A stretch of DNA of 7,858 nt from an uncultured Bacilli bacterium (GTDB lineage: Bacteria; Bacillota_I; Bacilli_A; RF39; UBA660): contig CANRHO010000034.1 of NCBI GenBank assembly GCA_947630435.1, positions 1 to 7,858 of the forward strand. Reading direction: 5' to 3'. The notes under the pieces were generated by a model, which did not search any database, had not been told where the DNA came from, and was given only the letters and a program-made list of their open reading frames with translations. This document shows, one piece after another, positions 7,445 through 7,858 of this stretch. The position numbers and the translations under genes were made by a program. Position 1 is the first letter of the stretch. Every line of letters starts with the position of its first letter.

Positions 7445-7550
7445 TTATTTTCCACAACAATTTTTATACTTTTTCCCCGAACCACAAGTTGAACATACTC
7501 CAGTATTTATAGTATTTGTGTTATTATTGTTACTATGAATACTTTTTCAT
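7445..7550 (-). CDS. Mini-ORF encoding a stand-alone SecA-tail-like SEC-C zinc-finger peptide (about 34 aa); the reading frame is offset +1 from the only ATG at an A5 run, so it is either frameshifted, mis-sequenced or recoded
   Basis: Frame A runs from ATG (7548..7550): ATG AAA AAG TAT TCA TAG, which is 5 codons. The +1 frame (7546..7445) reads KSIHSNNNNTNTINTGVCSTCGSGKKYKNCCGK*. Its last 13 residues, CGSGKKYKNCCGK, closely resemble the C-terminal metal-binding motif of SecA. That frame has no ATG, GTG or TTG, and no SD precedes the ATG. Confidence 0.4.
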
Positions 7551-7551
7551 T

Positions 7552-7577
7552 TGCAAACATTTTGCAAAATGTTTGCA
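7552..7577. repeat. Perfect 26-bp palindrome TGCAAACATTTTGCAAAATGTTTGCA; candidate operator or 5'-UTR hairpin
   Basis: The sequence equals its own reverse complement over all 26 nt, checked base by base. It ends 1 nt from the mini-ORF ATG. It also contains TTGCA at 7551, 7562 and 7573, an 11-bp spacing. Confidence 0.9.
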
Positions 7578-7593
7578 TCCGTTTACCAATAAA

Positions 7594-7622
7594 ATTATAT
7601 CATTTTTCTAATTATTATACAA
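7594..7622 (-). promoter_or_regulatory. Candidate sigma-A promoter driving the palindrome/SEC-C mini-ORF unit
   Basis: On the minus strand there is a -35 TTGTAT (7617..7622), a 17-nt spacer, and an extended -10 TGaTATAAT (TG 7601..7602, hexamer 7594..7599). The predicted transcription start near 7587 places the palindrome at about +10 to +35. It is a pattern match only. Confidence 0.5.
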
Positions 7623-7630
7623 ATAGATAA

Positions 7631-7858
7631 TTATTGATTAGTTACTGGAACATCAATTTTCATCTTACTTATTATAGCATCACATATTTCCACTATATAA
7701 TTAGGGACAATATTATAGGCATAAGGATCTAATTGAAATATATACGTATTCTCTATATGAAATTCTTCATTAATAAATTCTTCAATAACTGGATTAACAT
7801 TTAATAATCCAAAAGTTTTTAATATAATTCTAAATATTTCTGTTTTCTCATATGCATT
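7631..7858 (-). CDS. 3' end (75 codons) of an unrecognised protein-coding gene entering from the right edge
   Basis: An open frame runs from the window edge to TAA (7631..7633): NAYEKTEIFRIILKTFGLLNVNPVIEEFINEEFHIENTYIFQLDPYAYNIVPNYIVEICDAIISKMKIDVPVTNQ*. Composition and codon usage resemble the neighbouring genes. I recognise no motif, and it does not resemble the C-terminal helical scaffold of SecA. Confidence 0.55.
   Translation of the reverse strand, partial: NAYEKTEIFRIILKTFGLLNVNPVIEEFINEEFHIENTYIFQLDPYAYNIVPNYIVEICDAIISKMKIDVPVTNQ

Noticed and set aside
7552-7577. The palindrome as the intrinsic terminator of the upstream ORF (7631..7858).
   Set aside because: No T-tract follows it on the minus strand (AATGAAAAAG comes next), and a strong extended -10 promoter lies between the ORF stop and the palindrome. 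An operator or 5'-UTR hairpin fits better.
7535-7630. A plus-strand 31-codon ORF (MNTFSFANILQNVCIRLPIKLYHFSNYYTNR*) running through the palindrome.
   Set aside because: It has no SD, no recognisable motif and no plus-strand promoter. It is the only plus-strand candidate in a window that is otherwise entirely minus-strand. The opposite strand carries the highly specific SEC-C motif.
1-7858. A scan for mobile elements, CRISPR repeats, tRNA/rRNA genes, defence systems or toxin-antitoxin pairs.
   Set aside because: I saw no transposase or integrase frames, no regularly spaced direct repeats, no cloverleaf-capable segments in the short intergenic regions, and no unexplained multi-gene cassette. 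All large ORFs are recognisable housekeeping genes.

Overview
This is an AT-rich chromosomal segment of the Bacillota (Firmicutes) type, roughly a quarter to a third G+C by eye. Every gene I can support lies on the minus strand. UGA is a genuine stop codon (code 11): an RF2 gene is present, carries its UGA frameshift site and itself ends in UGA. In the direction of transcription (right to left) the window contains the following. (1) The 3' end of an unrecognised ORF (7631..7858). (2) A small self-contained unit (about 7381..7622): a sigma-A-like promoter, a perfect 26-bp palindrome, a mini-ORF encoding a SecA-tail-like SEC-C zinc-finger peptide that has no in-frame start codon, and a terminator. 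(3) A five-gene block with no intergenic gaps, all overlapping: prfB (with the classical programmed +1 frameshift that the ORF track splits), a YitT/YvjA-family membrane protein, ftsE, ftsX, and a secreted coiled-coil M23 peptidase. (4) A terminator. (5) uvrB, a hairpin, and the 5' end of uvrA. The gene order matches the conserved Bacillus-type neighbourhood secA-prfB-yvjA-...-ftsE-ftsX-...-uvrB-uvrA, except that secA is missing and only a SecA-tail-like peptide sits in its place. I see no mobile elements, CRISPR array, tRNA/rRNA genes or recognisable defence, toxin or biosynthetic genes. This is mainly a housekeeping region, and I do not claim a novel multi-gene system. The most unusual part is the orphan SEC-C mini-ORF with its palindrome upstream of prfB. 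The next most notable points are the catalytically intact M23 partner of FtsEX and its translational coupling to the RF2 autoregulatory gene.
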